DNA of 64,000 nucleotides from Microcoleus sp. Its GTDB lineage: Bacteria > Cyanobacteriota > Cyanobacteriia > Cyanobacteriales > Microcoleaceae. Position 1 is the stretch's first letter. Each line of letters starts with the position of its first letter. This document shows, one piece after another, positions 31,252 to 41,565 of the stretch. Position numbers and translations under genes: made by a program. The notes beneath the pieces were generated by a model. The model was not told the origin of the DNA and did not search any database. It was given only the letters and a program-made list of their open reading frames with translations. The stretch spans positions 637,507 through 701,506 of the forward strand of contig JAYFMW010000030.1 of assembly GCA_042408215.1 (NCBI GenBank). The letters run 5' to 3'.

Positions 31252-32698
31252 AAAAGAATACCCTGAAAACCCTGCGACTTTAGTCCAGGGATGAAAGGGC
31301 GTTGCAGGATTTATCCTGCCAGTCAAATATTACCAAAATATAGTAAACTTAATCAAGGAGGTGAAACAGATGTATGCAGTGCAAAAAGATGTTTGGCATT
31401 TAACGGGACTTGACAAAACTATTGTCGAGCAACTGTTGAGATGGTCAAACAACCTGTTTAATGTTGGGACTTACGAAAGTCGGCAACGGTACTTTAAGGA
31501 CAAAGGTGCCATTAAATACCCTGACTTGTACAAAATTGCCAAAGCCAACGAGAATTACGGGTTACTCTACTCGCAAGTGGCGCAACAATCCCTCAAATCT
31601 GTCGCTGAATCCTTTAGCTCTTTCCGAGCCTTAGAAAAGTTAGCGAAGCAAGGAGAAGTTAACCAAAAACCGAGACTGCCCAAGTACCGAACTAAGGGGG
31701 CAATGTACCAGGTTTCATATCCTGGGCAAGCTTTAAAAATAGTCGGCAATCGGGTAAGGCTACCTCTGGGAACCAGAGGAAAAGAACACTTTGGGACGGA
31801 TGCTCTTTGGGTGACATTGCCAGAACGGCTGAAAAAATGCCAGATTAAAGAACTCAGACTAATCCCTAGAAATGGCGAGGTCTGGGTTGAGTATGTCCAC
31901 GAAAGTCTAACTGAACAAGCTCCTAGTTGTAGTCTGGAAGTAACGGGAGTTTTGGGAATTGACCACGGCATCAACAACTGGTTAACTTGTGTTTCTAGCA
32001 ATGGTAAGCCATTCATCATTGATGGTCAGAAACTGAAATCTTGGAATCAGTGGTTTAACAAGGAAAAAGCCCTCGTCCAATCGACTCACGCTCAATGCAA
32101 GTTACCCAAAGGTTTCTCTTCAAAAAGGCTGCAACAGTTGTCAGAAACTCGCGCCAGAAGGATGCGGGATGCCATCAATAAAGCAGTCAGAACCATAATC
32201 AAACATTGCGAAGACCACCAAATTAACGTCATAGTTTTTGGCTGGAATAAGGGGCAGAAGCAGGAAGTCAATATGGGGGTCGTGACCCATCAAAACTTTG
32301 TCCAAATACCCACAGCTAAAGTCAAAGATAGATTGCAACAGGAATGTGACTTAAGGGGCTGGCGATTTGTAGAACAAGATGAATCTTACACCTCAAAAGC
32401 CAGCTTCTTAGACCGAGATTTACTGCCAGTGACAGTCGGTGAAAAACCTGACAATTGGCAACCATCAGGTAAAAGAATTAAACGAGGTTTGTACCGTTCG
32501 GCTCAGGGATTAACTCTGAATGCAGATGTTAACGGTGCAGCCAACATCATCCGAAAATCAAAAGTAGCCATAGACTCAATTGTTGAGCGAGTGGGTAGCG
32601 GGTTGCTGACTAACCCTTTAAGAATTAAACTTTGGGCGGATTCATCCCCCAAAGTTTATCCTTAAGAATCCCCGCGTCTTCAGACCGGGGAGTGTCAA
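31252..32698 (+). mobile_element. IS200/IS605-family tnpB-only element
   Basis: TTAT target, left end AAAA-CCCTG...CAGGG hairpin, right end GAAT-CCCCG...CGGGGAGTGTCAA. Confidence 0.8.
31361..32665 (+). CDS. tnpB: TnpB, intact, with atypical RuvC-II
   Basis: GIDHG (RuvC-I D), IVFGWNKG in place of IVxEDL, EQDESYTSK, NADVNGA (RuvC-III D). Confidence 0.9.
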   Translation: MKQMYAVQKDVWHLTGLDKTIVEQLLRWSNNLFNVGTYESRQRYFKDKGAIKYPDLYKIAKANENYGLLYSQVAQQSLKSVAESFSSFRALEKLAKQGEVNQKPRLPKYRTKGAMYQVSYPGQALKIVGNRVRLPLGTRGKEHFGTDALWVTLPERLKKCQIKELRLIPRNGEVWVEYVHESLTEQAPSCSLEVTGVLGIDHGINNWLTCVSSNGKPFIIDGQKLKSWNQWFNKEKALVQSTHAQCKLPKGFSSKRLQQLSETRARRMRDAINKAVRTIIKHCEDHQINVIVFGWNKGQKQEVNMGVVTHQNFVQIPTAKVKDRLQQECDLRGWRFVEQDESYTSKASFLDRDLLPVTVGEKPDNWQPSGKRIKRGLYRSAQGLTLNADVNGAANIIRKSKVAIDSIVERVGSGLLTNPLRIKLWADSSPKVYP

Positions 32699-32739
32699 CT
32701 GTACTTGATTTTACCACATTTTTAATTATCAAATTTCCC

Positions 32740-33645
32740 ATGAACATTTTAATTCTGGGTGATGCTTCAGATGCTCATGCTGCTCATGTAAAGGATGCTC
32801 TCACCCAAGCCGGTGCAGCGGTAGATTATTTGGATACCTACCTATTTCCAAGACGGTTACGTCTGTCTTGGCGACCTGATACTCAGGTAGGATGCTTAAC
32901 TCTACCGTCCGGTCGTCAGTTGCATCTCCAAGATATTCACAGTGTATTTTGGCGGAATTTTTCCGGTGTTTACATTCCACCTTTAAAAGATCCAAATCAA
33001 CAGCAAGTTGCATTGAATGATTCAATGAGTACAGTGCGATCGCTAATGCAAGCTTGTCCGGCTCGCTGGATTAATTCGTGGCCGGCCTACCAATTTCACA
33101 AAGAAAAACCCCTACAACTGAGCAAAGCAAAACAAATAGGAGTGACGATTCCTGAAACTTTAATCAGTAACAATCCAGAGCAAGTTAGGGAATTTGTCGA
33201 AGCTCAGAAACAAGTAATTTTTAAGCCTGTTTATGGTGGTGCTCATACGCAGTTGGTGACAGAGGCGCATTTAGAACCTAATCGGCTGGACTTGGCTTTG
33301 AGAATTTCTCCTGTCACAATACAAGAATATATTCCTGGTACAAACATTCGCAGTTATGTCATGGGTGAATCAGTCTATTCTGCGGAAATTCGCAGTCCAG
33401 CTTTGGACTTTCGGGAAGATTTAGAGTCCGAGCTAATTCCGATAGATTTGCCAGAATTAGTTAAAAAACAATGTTTGGCAATATCAAAGGCATTTATGCT
33501 AGAATGGACTGCTATTGATTGGCGTGTCAAGCCAACGGGTGAGTATGTATTTTTGGAGGCAAATCCTAGTCCCATGTTCAGACATTTTGAGCGTCAGACT
33601 GGTTTTCCGATTACCCAAAAATTAGTCAATCTCTTGATGTATTAA
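32740..33645 (+). CDS. ATP-grasp peptide maturase (RimK/MvdD-like)
   Basis: KEKPLQL, IPETLISN, IFKPVYGG, IQEYIPG, AIDWR and FLEANP motifs; ATG at 32740. Confidence 0.88.
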   Translation: MNILILGDASDAHAAHVKDALTQAGAAVDYLDTYLFPRRLRLSWRPDTQVGCLTLPSGRQLHLQDIHSVFWRNFSGVYIPPLKDPNQQQVALNDSMSTVRSLMQACPARWINSWPAYQFHKEKPLQLSKAKQIGVTIPETLISNNPEQVREFVEAQKQVIFKPVYGGAHTQLVTEAHLEPNRLDLALRISPVTIQEYIPGTNIRSYVMGESVYSAEIRSPALDFREDLESELIPIDLPELVKKQCLAISKAFMLEWTAIDWRVKPTGEYVFLEANPSPMFRHFERQTGFPITQKLVNLLMY

Positions 33646-33652
33646 CTGGGAT

Positions 33653-34147
33653 TTAAGAGGCGATCGCAATTTTGCCAATCATCCCCGCCTCTGTATGTCC
33701 AGCCACGGTACAGCGTAGGTTGTAGGTTCCCGACTTCATCGGGATAAATACCCATTCTGCCATAGCTCCGGGTTTAAGTTCCAGCTCGTGAATAGCTCCT
33801 TTAATTTCCACTTTCCCAGCTTCAACTTTTTGAGTCCAACTCGCATCAGCAAAGTTTTTAGCAGTAAAATAATGTTTCTGCGGACTGGGATTTTTCAGCA
33901 CTAATTTATAGCGCTTTCCTGACTCAAATTGTAGCTGATTGGGAAAAAATTTTAGTTCCCCAGTTTCGCTACCCAAACTAACAGTAATTTCTGTTATGGG
34001 TTGGCGTGACAAATCAGCGGCATTGGCAGCCGCAGGGATTGAGATGGTGCCTAAACAGAGAATTAGCCCTAAAATTAGCTTGAGGGTTTGTTGGCACCGC
34101 TGGCTGTGGTAGAATTTCACTAATTGCGATCGAAGTGATTTGATCAT
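33653..34147 (-). CDS. Plastocyanin/azurin-family cupredoxin
   Basis: KHYF and CTVAGHTEAGM copper-binding motif. Confidence 0.85.
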   Translation of the reverse strand: MIKSLRSQLVKFYHSQRCQQTLKLILGLILCLGTISIPAAANAADLSRQPITEITVSLGSETGELKFFPNQLQFESGKRYKLVLKNPSPQKHYFTAKNFADASWTQKVEAGKVEIKGAIHELELKPGAMAEWVFIPMKSGTYNLRCTVAGHTEAGMIGKIAIAS

Positions 34148-34320
34148 GAGATTAAGGATTAGCTAAATTTTACTAACTCCGGCGATTGAAATCGCTTGTA
34201 CCTATGAACCGGAATGATTTAACCACAGAGGCCGCAGAGGACGCAGAGGAGGAAAAGAGAGAGATGAATAATTCCGATACAACGGGATTTGATATGATTC
34301 TAAAATCTAAAATCTAAAAT

Positions 34321-35472
<1,152 letters not shown>

Positions 35473-35553
35473 TCACGGATAACTGTTTTTTCCTTCTTCC
35501 TTCTTCCTTCTTCCTTCTTCCTTCTTCCTTCCTCATATGATAGAAGATTAATT

Positions 35554-36135
35554 ATGACTTTAGCACTTTGGCGATCGCATCTTGCTGGTACTCTCCATCG
35601 CAATCGGAGTCTTCCTGTTTCCCGCTACTTACAACTGGCCACTGTCCGGGCTGACGGGCGTCCGGCTAACCGCACGGTTGTGTTTCGAGGATTTTTGGAA
35701 GATACCAACCAGTTACAGTTTATTACAGATATTCGCAGTCAAAAGGTAGAGGAAATTAATGTCTATCCTTGGGGGGAGATTTGCTGGTATTTCCCTAAAA
35801 CTCGCGAACAATTTCGGATTGCTGGAAAGCTGGTTTTGGTAGGGGCAGAATATCCAGATGCGGCACTGTGTGCGTCGCGTAGAAGGGCTTGGCAGGAGCT
35901 TTCTGAGGCGGCGCGGGTGCAGTTTGCTTGGCCGCATCCGGGGGCAAATAGGGCTGTTTCCAGCGCTTTTGAACCTGCTGCCCCAGATGCGATCGAGCCT
36001 GGGGCGAATTTTTGTTTGTTGTTGTTGGAACCGGAAACGGTGGATTTGTTGGAGTTGCGAGGGGAACCGCAGAACAGGTGGCTTTATCTGCGGGATGAGG
36101 CTGGAAATTGGTCTGTGCGATCGGTGAATCCGTGA
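35554..36135 (+). CDS. Pyridoxamine 5'-phosphate oxidase-like FMN-binding protein
   Basis: QLATV, PANRTVVFRGF, TDIRSQK and REQFRI motifs. Confidence 0.85.
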   Translation: MTLALWRSHLAGTLHRNRSLPVSRYLQLATVRADGRPANRTVVFRGFLEDTNQLQFITDIRSQKVEEINVYPWGEICWYFPKTREQFRIAGKLVLVGAEYPDAALCASRRRAWQELSEAARVQFAWPHPGANRAVSSAFEPAAPDAIEPGANFCLLLLEPETVDLLELRGEPQNRWLYLRDEAGNWSVRSVNP

Positions 36136-36143
36136 AAGAAGAA

Positions 36144-36412
36144 GTCATTAGTCATTAGTCATTAGTCATTAGTCATTAGTCATTAGTCATTAGTCATTAG
36201 TCATTAGTTATTGGTTATTTGTTCTTTGTTATTGGTTGGTTGTTCTTTGTTATTGGTTGGTTGTTCTTTGTTGGCGTTCGTAACTAATAACTAATAACTA
36301 ATAACTAATCACTAATAACTAATCACTAATAACTAATAACTAATAACCCATCCCTCCGCTTCGCTTCGCCCAATTCCCAATTCCCCATCCCTCCGCTTCG
36401 CTTCGCCCAATT
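36144..36412. repeat. Mixed heptamer tandem repeats (GTCATTA, AACTAAT) plus CCCATCCCTCCGCTTCGCTTCGCCC units
   Basis: Direct inspection. Confidence 0.9.
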
Positions 36413-36423
36413 CAAAACTATTT

Positions 36424-37230
36424 TTAGATGCCGCTGCCATCGAAAAATTCCTGAATTGCTTGATCTTTTAACTGACAGCTAGGGATTGTAATTAGTTGGG
36501 TTTTTTCGGCTATGGCTACATTGCTGGCTTGGTTTAAAGCTTCTGATACTGAGTAGAAATTGTGGGAATTGGAAACAGAAGTTAAGGAGACAGATGGTTG
36601 GTTGACTAAACTTTTGACTTGCTGTTCGAGGGATTCGATTCGATCGAGCAATGAGCGAATCACCACGGCTTCGGAATCTGGTAAACTGCCGTGTTCTAGG
36701 GGATTTACCCGTACTCCCGATCGATAAACTATGCGGCCGGGAATCCCTACCACTGTGCAGTCAGATGGTACGTCCCTGAGCACGACGGAACCTGCGCCGA
36801 TGCGGACGTTATTGCCAATTTGCAGATTGCCGAGTACCTTGGCACCGGCACCGACAACTACGTTTTCGCCGACGGTAGGGTGACGCTTGCCGCCTTCTTT
36901 GCCAGTACCGCCGAGGGTGACCCCTTGGTAAATCAGGGCAAAATCGCCGATAATCGCAGTTTCGCCGATGACAACCCCCATTCCGTGGTCAATGAAGACG
37001 CTTTTGCCGATGGTCGCCCCTGGGTGAATTTCGATTCCAGTGAAGAAGCGAGCCATGTGGGACATCAAGCGGGGGATGAAGGGAAGTCCTAGCAAGTATA
37101 GCCAGTGTGCGATGCGGTGGAATACCAGGGCCTGAAGACCAGGGTAGCAAAACAAAACTTCCAGCCAGTTGCGAGCAGCCGGATCGCGATCGAAAATTAT
37201 ATTGAAGTCAGCTCTAAGGGTTTTTAGCAC
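36424..37230 (-). CDS. cysE: Serine O-acetyltransferase
   Basis: [28 protein letters not shown] and GKRHPT motifs. Confidence 0.95.
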   Translation of the reverse strand: MLKTLRADFNIIFDRDPAARNWLEVLFCYPGLQALVFHRIAHWLYLLGLPFIPRLMSHMARFFTGIEIHPGATIGKSVFIDHGMGVVIGETAIIGDFALIYQGVTLGGTGKEGGKRHPTVGENVVVGAGAKVLGNLQIGNNVRIGAGSVVLRDVPSDCTVVGIPGRIVYRSGVRVNPLEHGSLPDSEAVVIRSLLDRIESLEQQVKSLVNQPSVSLTSVSNSHNFYSVSEALNQASNVAIAEKTQLITIPSCQLKDQAIQEFFDGSGI

Positions 37231-37399
37231 TTTCGGATTTACCTATTTTGGTTAAACACGCCACTTTTGATTTTAACGGATAGGGGAAACTAGCTGCCGA
37301 TCGGAGGGGAGGGGAGAATGGGGGAATAGTTTTGAGTTTTGAGTTGAGGAATTGGGCGAAGCGAAGCGGAGGGATGGGGCCTGGGGCCTGCGGCCTGGG

Positions 37400-37535
37400 G
37401 CATCGGGAATTGGGCATTGGTAATTGGGAATTGGGAATTGGGAATTGGTAATTGGTAATTGGGAATTGGGAATTGGGAATTGGGAATTGGGAATTGGGAA
37501 TTGGGAATTGGGAATTGGGAATTGGGAATTGGTAA
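37400..37535. repeat. (TTGGGAA)n heptamer repeat
   Basis: Direct inspection. Confidence 0.95.
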
Positions 37536-37891
37536 CTAATGACAACAGTCGTACCGCCAACAGTCCACAGTGCTATCGCCAACAGACAACAGACTCCTGG
37601 TTCTAGAGAAGGAAACCATCTATTTAGTACCGACAAGGCAGTACCTTGTCCCTACAGCTCAATTTTCCTGCCATACATTTCCGACTTATATTCCAATTGA
37701 CGACGAAATTCAGCTCAGCCACAATCTGAAATAGCTGCTGCTAACTTATGGTTAGCCATACCGCTCACCTTCAAATCTGTGGGCTAATTTTTGTCGTAGT
37801 TTTTTGCAAGAAATCTCGGCGTTGATTGGCAGTTTTTTAGTGAATTTTAGCGATTCTACGATAGTGTTTATGATCGTTGTGAGCTGCTCTT

Positions 37892-38056
37892 ATACCAATT
37901 TAATAGGTCGTTGCATATATTTCGATCCCCCTAAATCCCCCTTAATAAGGGGGACTTTGACCACCCTCTTGTCCCACACCCCCTACTCCCCTACTCCCCT
38001 TATTAAGGGGGGTTAGGGGGGATCAGATTCTATGCAGCCTCATAAAAAATTGGTAT
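37892..38056. mobile_element. 165-bp MITE, abutting the truncated IS607 tnpB
   Basis: Near-identical to 21198-21362. Confidence 0.8.
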
Positions 38057-38758
38057 TACACCTAACTTTTTATTACCTAATTGCTTTTTCCAATTTCTCC
38101 ACTGTTCTTTACTCAGCTTGGTTTTCGCTTTTTTGAGTGGACGGGGAGACTCAGAAAATTTACCATCCGAAAGAGTAGCAAAAGTTGATACTCCTAAGTC
38201 AATCCCTATGGGTTCAGCAACTGGATGGAAAAGCGGTGGCATCTTTTCGGCTTTGATTGCGAAGGAAATATACCATTTATCTGCTGTGCGTGAAATAGTG
38301 AATGTCTGTGCTACGCAGGGGAATGGTATTGATTCTTTTTGCCTAAATTTTCCGAGAGTGGGGATTTTGATCGACTTCTTCGCCGCCAATAAAACTGCAT
38401 GATTCCCATCAGTGGCATCTACAGTAAACGAATCACCATCTTTTTTCCTTTTGAACTTGGGAAACTTACCTAATCCTTTAAAGAAGCGGGATAAGAACTC
38501 GCTAAAATGCCGGAATGTCATTCTGCAAACCCTGGAAGATCGGGTTTTAGTCCATTGATATTCCGGTATCTTTTTGACGTGATTGGTGAAAACTCTTTCG
38601 ATCGCTGCTACTTTTTTGCTGCTACCACCAGGGAAGCTTTTTACTTCTTGGTAAAGACTTAAAGCGTAGTTGTAACAAAATTTTGCCTAGCCAGAATGTC
38701 GCGCCATCAAGGTACGTTCCTTGTTATTTAGTTTGAGTTCTAGGTTGATGGCGTACAT
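38057..38758 (-). pseudogene. tnpB: IS607-associated tnpB with nonsense codon, frameshift and 3' truncation
   Basis: MYAINLELKLNNKER...SG*; FPKFKRKK and GIDLG present; ends at the MITE. Confidence 0.8.
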
Positions 38759-38764
38759 ATCTGA

Positions 38765-39367
38765 TTACAATTTTTGAGCAATTTCTTTGAGTTCTGTAAT
38801 TATTTGCTTGTTTTTGTGACTTCTACTTCCGTAAAGACGGGCGGAAAATACTGCGATAATTTCCAGCACATCTTGAGCTAAGTCTTCTTCAAAAGAAGCA
38901 TCCTCGGTTCTGTTAATAATTACGATTTCCGTCCCAAAATGTTCGCATAAACTAAAAATTAGTTCGGAACCAAATCTTAACAGTCTATCTTGGTGGGTAA
39001 GTACCAACCTCTCTACTTGACGATCGGTAATCATTTTAATTAATCGCTGCAAACCTCGTTTGTTATAATTGAGTCCAGAGCCTAAATCTTCAATTACTTG
39101 GAACTGCCAACCATGAGTTGAACAAAACAACTCCAAAACTTGTTTTTGCTGTTCTAAGTCGCTTTTTTGGTCATAGCTGCTAACTCTGGCATAACATACG
39201 GTCAAAACACCATCAGGTTTTATACCTAAAAGCTGATTCATGCTATACCGTCTATGACCATTCGCTGTACGTTCTGGGACTAACTTACCTTCGGATTCCC
39301 ATCGCCTCAAGGTTGAGGCGCTTACGCCTTTTAGTTTAGCGGCCTCAGAGATGCTTAACTTACTCAT
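38765..39367 (-). CDS. tnpA: IS607-family serine recombinase TnpA (MerR-like HTH)
   Basis: LRRWE...GHRRY HTH; YARVSS, DLGSG and DRLLRFG motifs. Confidence 0.92.
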   Translation of the reverse strand: MSKLSISEAAKLKGVSASTLRRWESEGKLVPERTANGHRRYSMNQLLGIKPDGVLTVCYARVSSYDQKSDLEQQKQVLELFCSTHGWQFQVIEDLGSGLNYNKRGLQRLIKMITDRQVERLVLTHQDRLLRFGSELIFSLCEHFGTEIVIINRTEDASFEEDLAQDVLEIIAVFSARLYGSRSHKNKQIITELKEIAQKL

Positions 39368-39439
39368 GTAGCCATTTTAACGCAGTTAGTAGGTAAGTTT
39401 AGGAATTTTTAGGTAAATTTTTGCAAACATTAGTTACCC

Positions 39440-39740
39440 CCTGCTGTTGACTTGGATTGTGAGGAAAGGAAAAGTTTTGTTGCAAAACTATGATGTGGTC
39501 GGGGGTTGGAGTCGCAAAAGCCAAACATTTGTTGTTGTGGCGATCGACGTTGGCAATGGCGGATAGAGAGTATGATCCGCCTGTGGAGCCTCTCAAAAGT
39601 GCTGTGGGGGACTGAAAGCCTCGCGATCGAGTTAAAGTGCCGAAATTGGCTGTTTCTGCTAAAACTGGTATGGTGGCGATCGTCGCGATCGCAGCTAAGA
39701 TAGTACCGCTGGTGAAATGGGTCGATCGATTAAATAACAT
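39440..39740 (-). pseudogene. Secreted hypothetical protein interrupted by IS607
   Basis: Signal peptide, CLAFATPTPDHIIVL; the sequence breaks at the IS607 end. Confidence 0.6.
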
Positions 39741-39773
39741 GGTAATGCTCCTCGATCAATACTGTGAATTCAC

Positions 39774-41094
39774 CAAAGAATTGGGCGGAGCGAAGCGGAG
39801 GGCTGAAGCCCCGTCCTTTTAGGACGGCTTTAATTATTCCTAATTTTATTGGCAGAACCTAGTATAATAGAACAAGAATACAACCAAAAAGAAATGAAAG
39901 CAAGGTATCGCTACAGAATCTATCCGACCGACCAACAAAAACAGAGCTTGGCTCAGTTATTTGGTTGCGTTCGTGTAGTCTGGAATGATGCTCTTGCACT
40001 TTGTAAACAGTCTGAGAAAAAGCCCAAATCAGCTCTTCTTCAGAAAATAGTAATCACTCAGGCGAAACAGGCTGAGGAAAGAAATTGGCTAGAGAATGTG
40101 TCATGCGTTCCCTTGCAGCAGTCTGTAATCGATTTAGAAACGGCTTTTCAGAATTTATTTGACTCTTGCCAGGGGAAAAAGAAAAGGAAGAAAAGTACGT
40201 TATCCTCGATTCAAAAAAAGAACCAACAGTCAATCGGCTAGGTTTACCCTTCGTGGTTTTTCCATGAAGAAAAACGGTGGAGTCTATTTAGCCAAGATTG
40301 GAATTGTTAACCCAATATTGTCGAGGGAATTACCATCAACACCTAGTTCTGTTACGGTAATCAAAGATTGTGCCAATCGCTATTTCTTGAGTTTTGTTGT
40401 AGAAGTAGAACCAGTTCAAGTTGAAGCCAAGAATCCAAGCATCGGAATCGATCTAGGAATCAAAACTTTTGCAGTAATGAGCAATGGCGAAAAAGCCGAA
40501 AGTCCTAGCTACAAAAAGCTAGACCGAAAAGTTCGCCAACTGCAACGCAAGTTAGCTCGCCAACCAAAAGATTCCAAAAGAAGGAATGCAACTCGCATTA
40601 GAATTGCCAAGTTGCACAATCAAATTGCCGATACCCGCAAAGACTTCCTGCACAAGTTGTCGACCAAAATAGTCAACGAAAACCAAGTGATTGTTTTGGA
40701 AGACCTCAAGGTGTCAGGCCTGGTCAAGAATCGGAAGCTTTCTCGTGCAATTAGCCAGCAGGGGTGGTACGAATTCCGAACACTTTGCGAGGCTAAGTCG
40801 GAGAAGTTTGGCAGAGAATTTAAGGTAATTAGCAGATGGGAACCCACTAGCCAAATCTGCTCAGGCTGTGGTTTCAAGTGGGGCAAAATCGATTTATCTA
40901 TTCGTTCGGTACTTTGCCTAAACTGTGGCACAGAACAAGATAGAGACGAAAATGCTGCTAGAAATATAGAGAAAGTCGGGATAGGGCATTGCCACGACTC
41001 TAAATGGGCGCAGAGGGACTGTAAGACTGGCTTGCTAGCAAGACCCGATGAAGCGTCAAGAATCACCGCACCGACCGGGCGGTGAGTATGTCAA
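39774..41094 (+). mobile_element. IS200/IS605-family tnpB-only element
   Basis: TCAC target, left end GAAG-CCCCGTCCTTTTAGGACGG, right end GAAT-CACCG...CGGTGAGTATGTCAA. Confidence 0.85.
39894..41085 (+). pseudogene. tnpB: TnpB, frameshift in an A run near 40175-40190 (possible sequencing error)
   Basis: MKARYRYRIYPT, GIDLG, VLEDL, CSGCG/CLNCG and DRDENAA across two frames. Confidence 0.85.
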
Positions 41095-41266
41095 CCATTG
41101 CAGCCCCCAAAATCAGAATTTAGGAGGAATATTTTTTTTGATTAACTCAACACCTCCAGGCTTTTGTTCCTTATTTCTGTCTGGGGACTGGCGGGTGCGA
41201 TCGCACCGGACACTCACAGTTGTACCACACGCGATCGGCGCTGCTCCGAGATAGTACGGAGAAAAG

Positions 41267-41428
41267 ATGATGCTTTTGATACTTCTGATCTTGCTGTTGT
41301 CGCTCGGTTCCCTATTCACACAGGTTTTGGTATTGTTACCTATAAGTTGGTTCGGATGGCTCCACCTCCCGGATTGGCTGAGCCTGACCTTAATTTTGCT
41401 AGGTATTTCCTGGTGTTTGGAGGATTAG
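41267..41428 (+). CDS. 53-aa membrane protein not in the ORF track
   Basis: MMLLILLILLLSLGSLFTQVLVLLPISWFGWLHLPDWLSLTLILLGISWCLED*; RBS GGAG upstream; co-oriented with mrdA. Confidence 0.6.
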   Translation: MMLLILLILLLSLGSLFTQVLVLLPISWFGWLHLPDWLSLTLILLGISWCLED

Positions 41429-41565
41429 TCATGAGTCAGTAGTCGGTAGTCAGTAGTCGGTAGTCATTAGTTATTAGTCATTAGTCAGAATCAAAAATTA
41501 TGACGAAGGCCTTCGGTATTAACCATCAGTAATCTAAAATCGGGGATTTGAAATCTACCTATAGA

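Larger units (their letters stand above)
38057..39438 (-). mobile_element. Truncated IS607-family element
   Basis: tnpA-tnpB pair; left end at a G run that interrupts the upstream gene. Confidence 0.75.

Noticed and set aside
31361..32665. Cas12 effector or nuclease-dead TnpB regulator
   Set aside because: No CRISPR array; both IS ends are present and both catalytic aspartates are retained.
32632..32739. N-terminal extension of the ATP-grasp ORF
   Set aside because: It reads through the IS right end; the family-like start MNILILG is at 32740.
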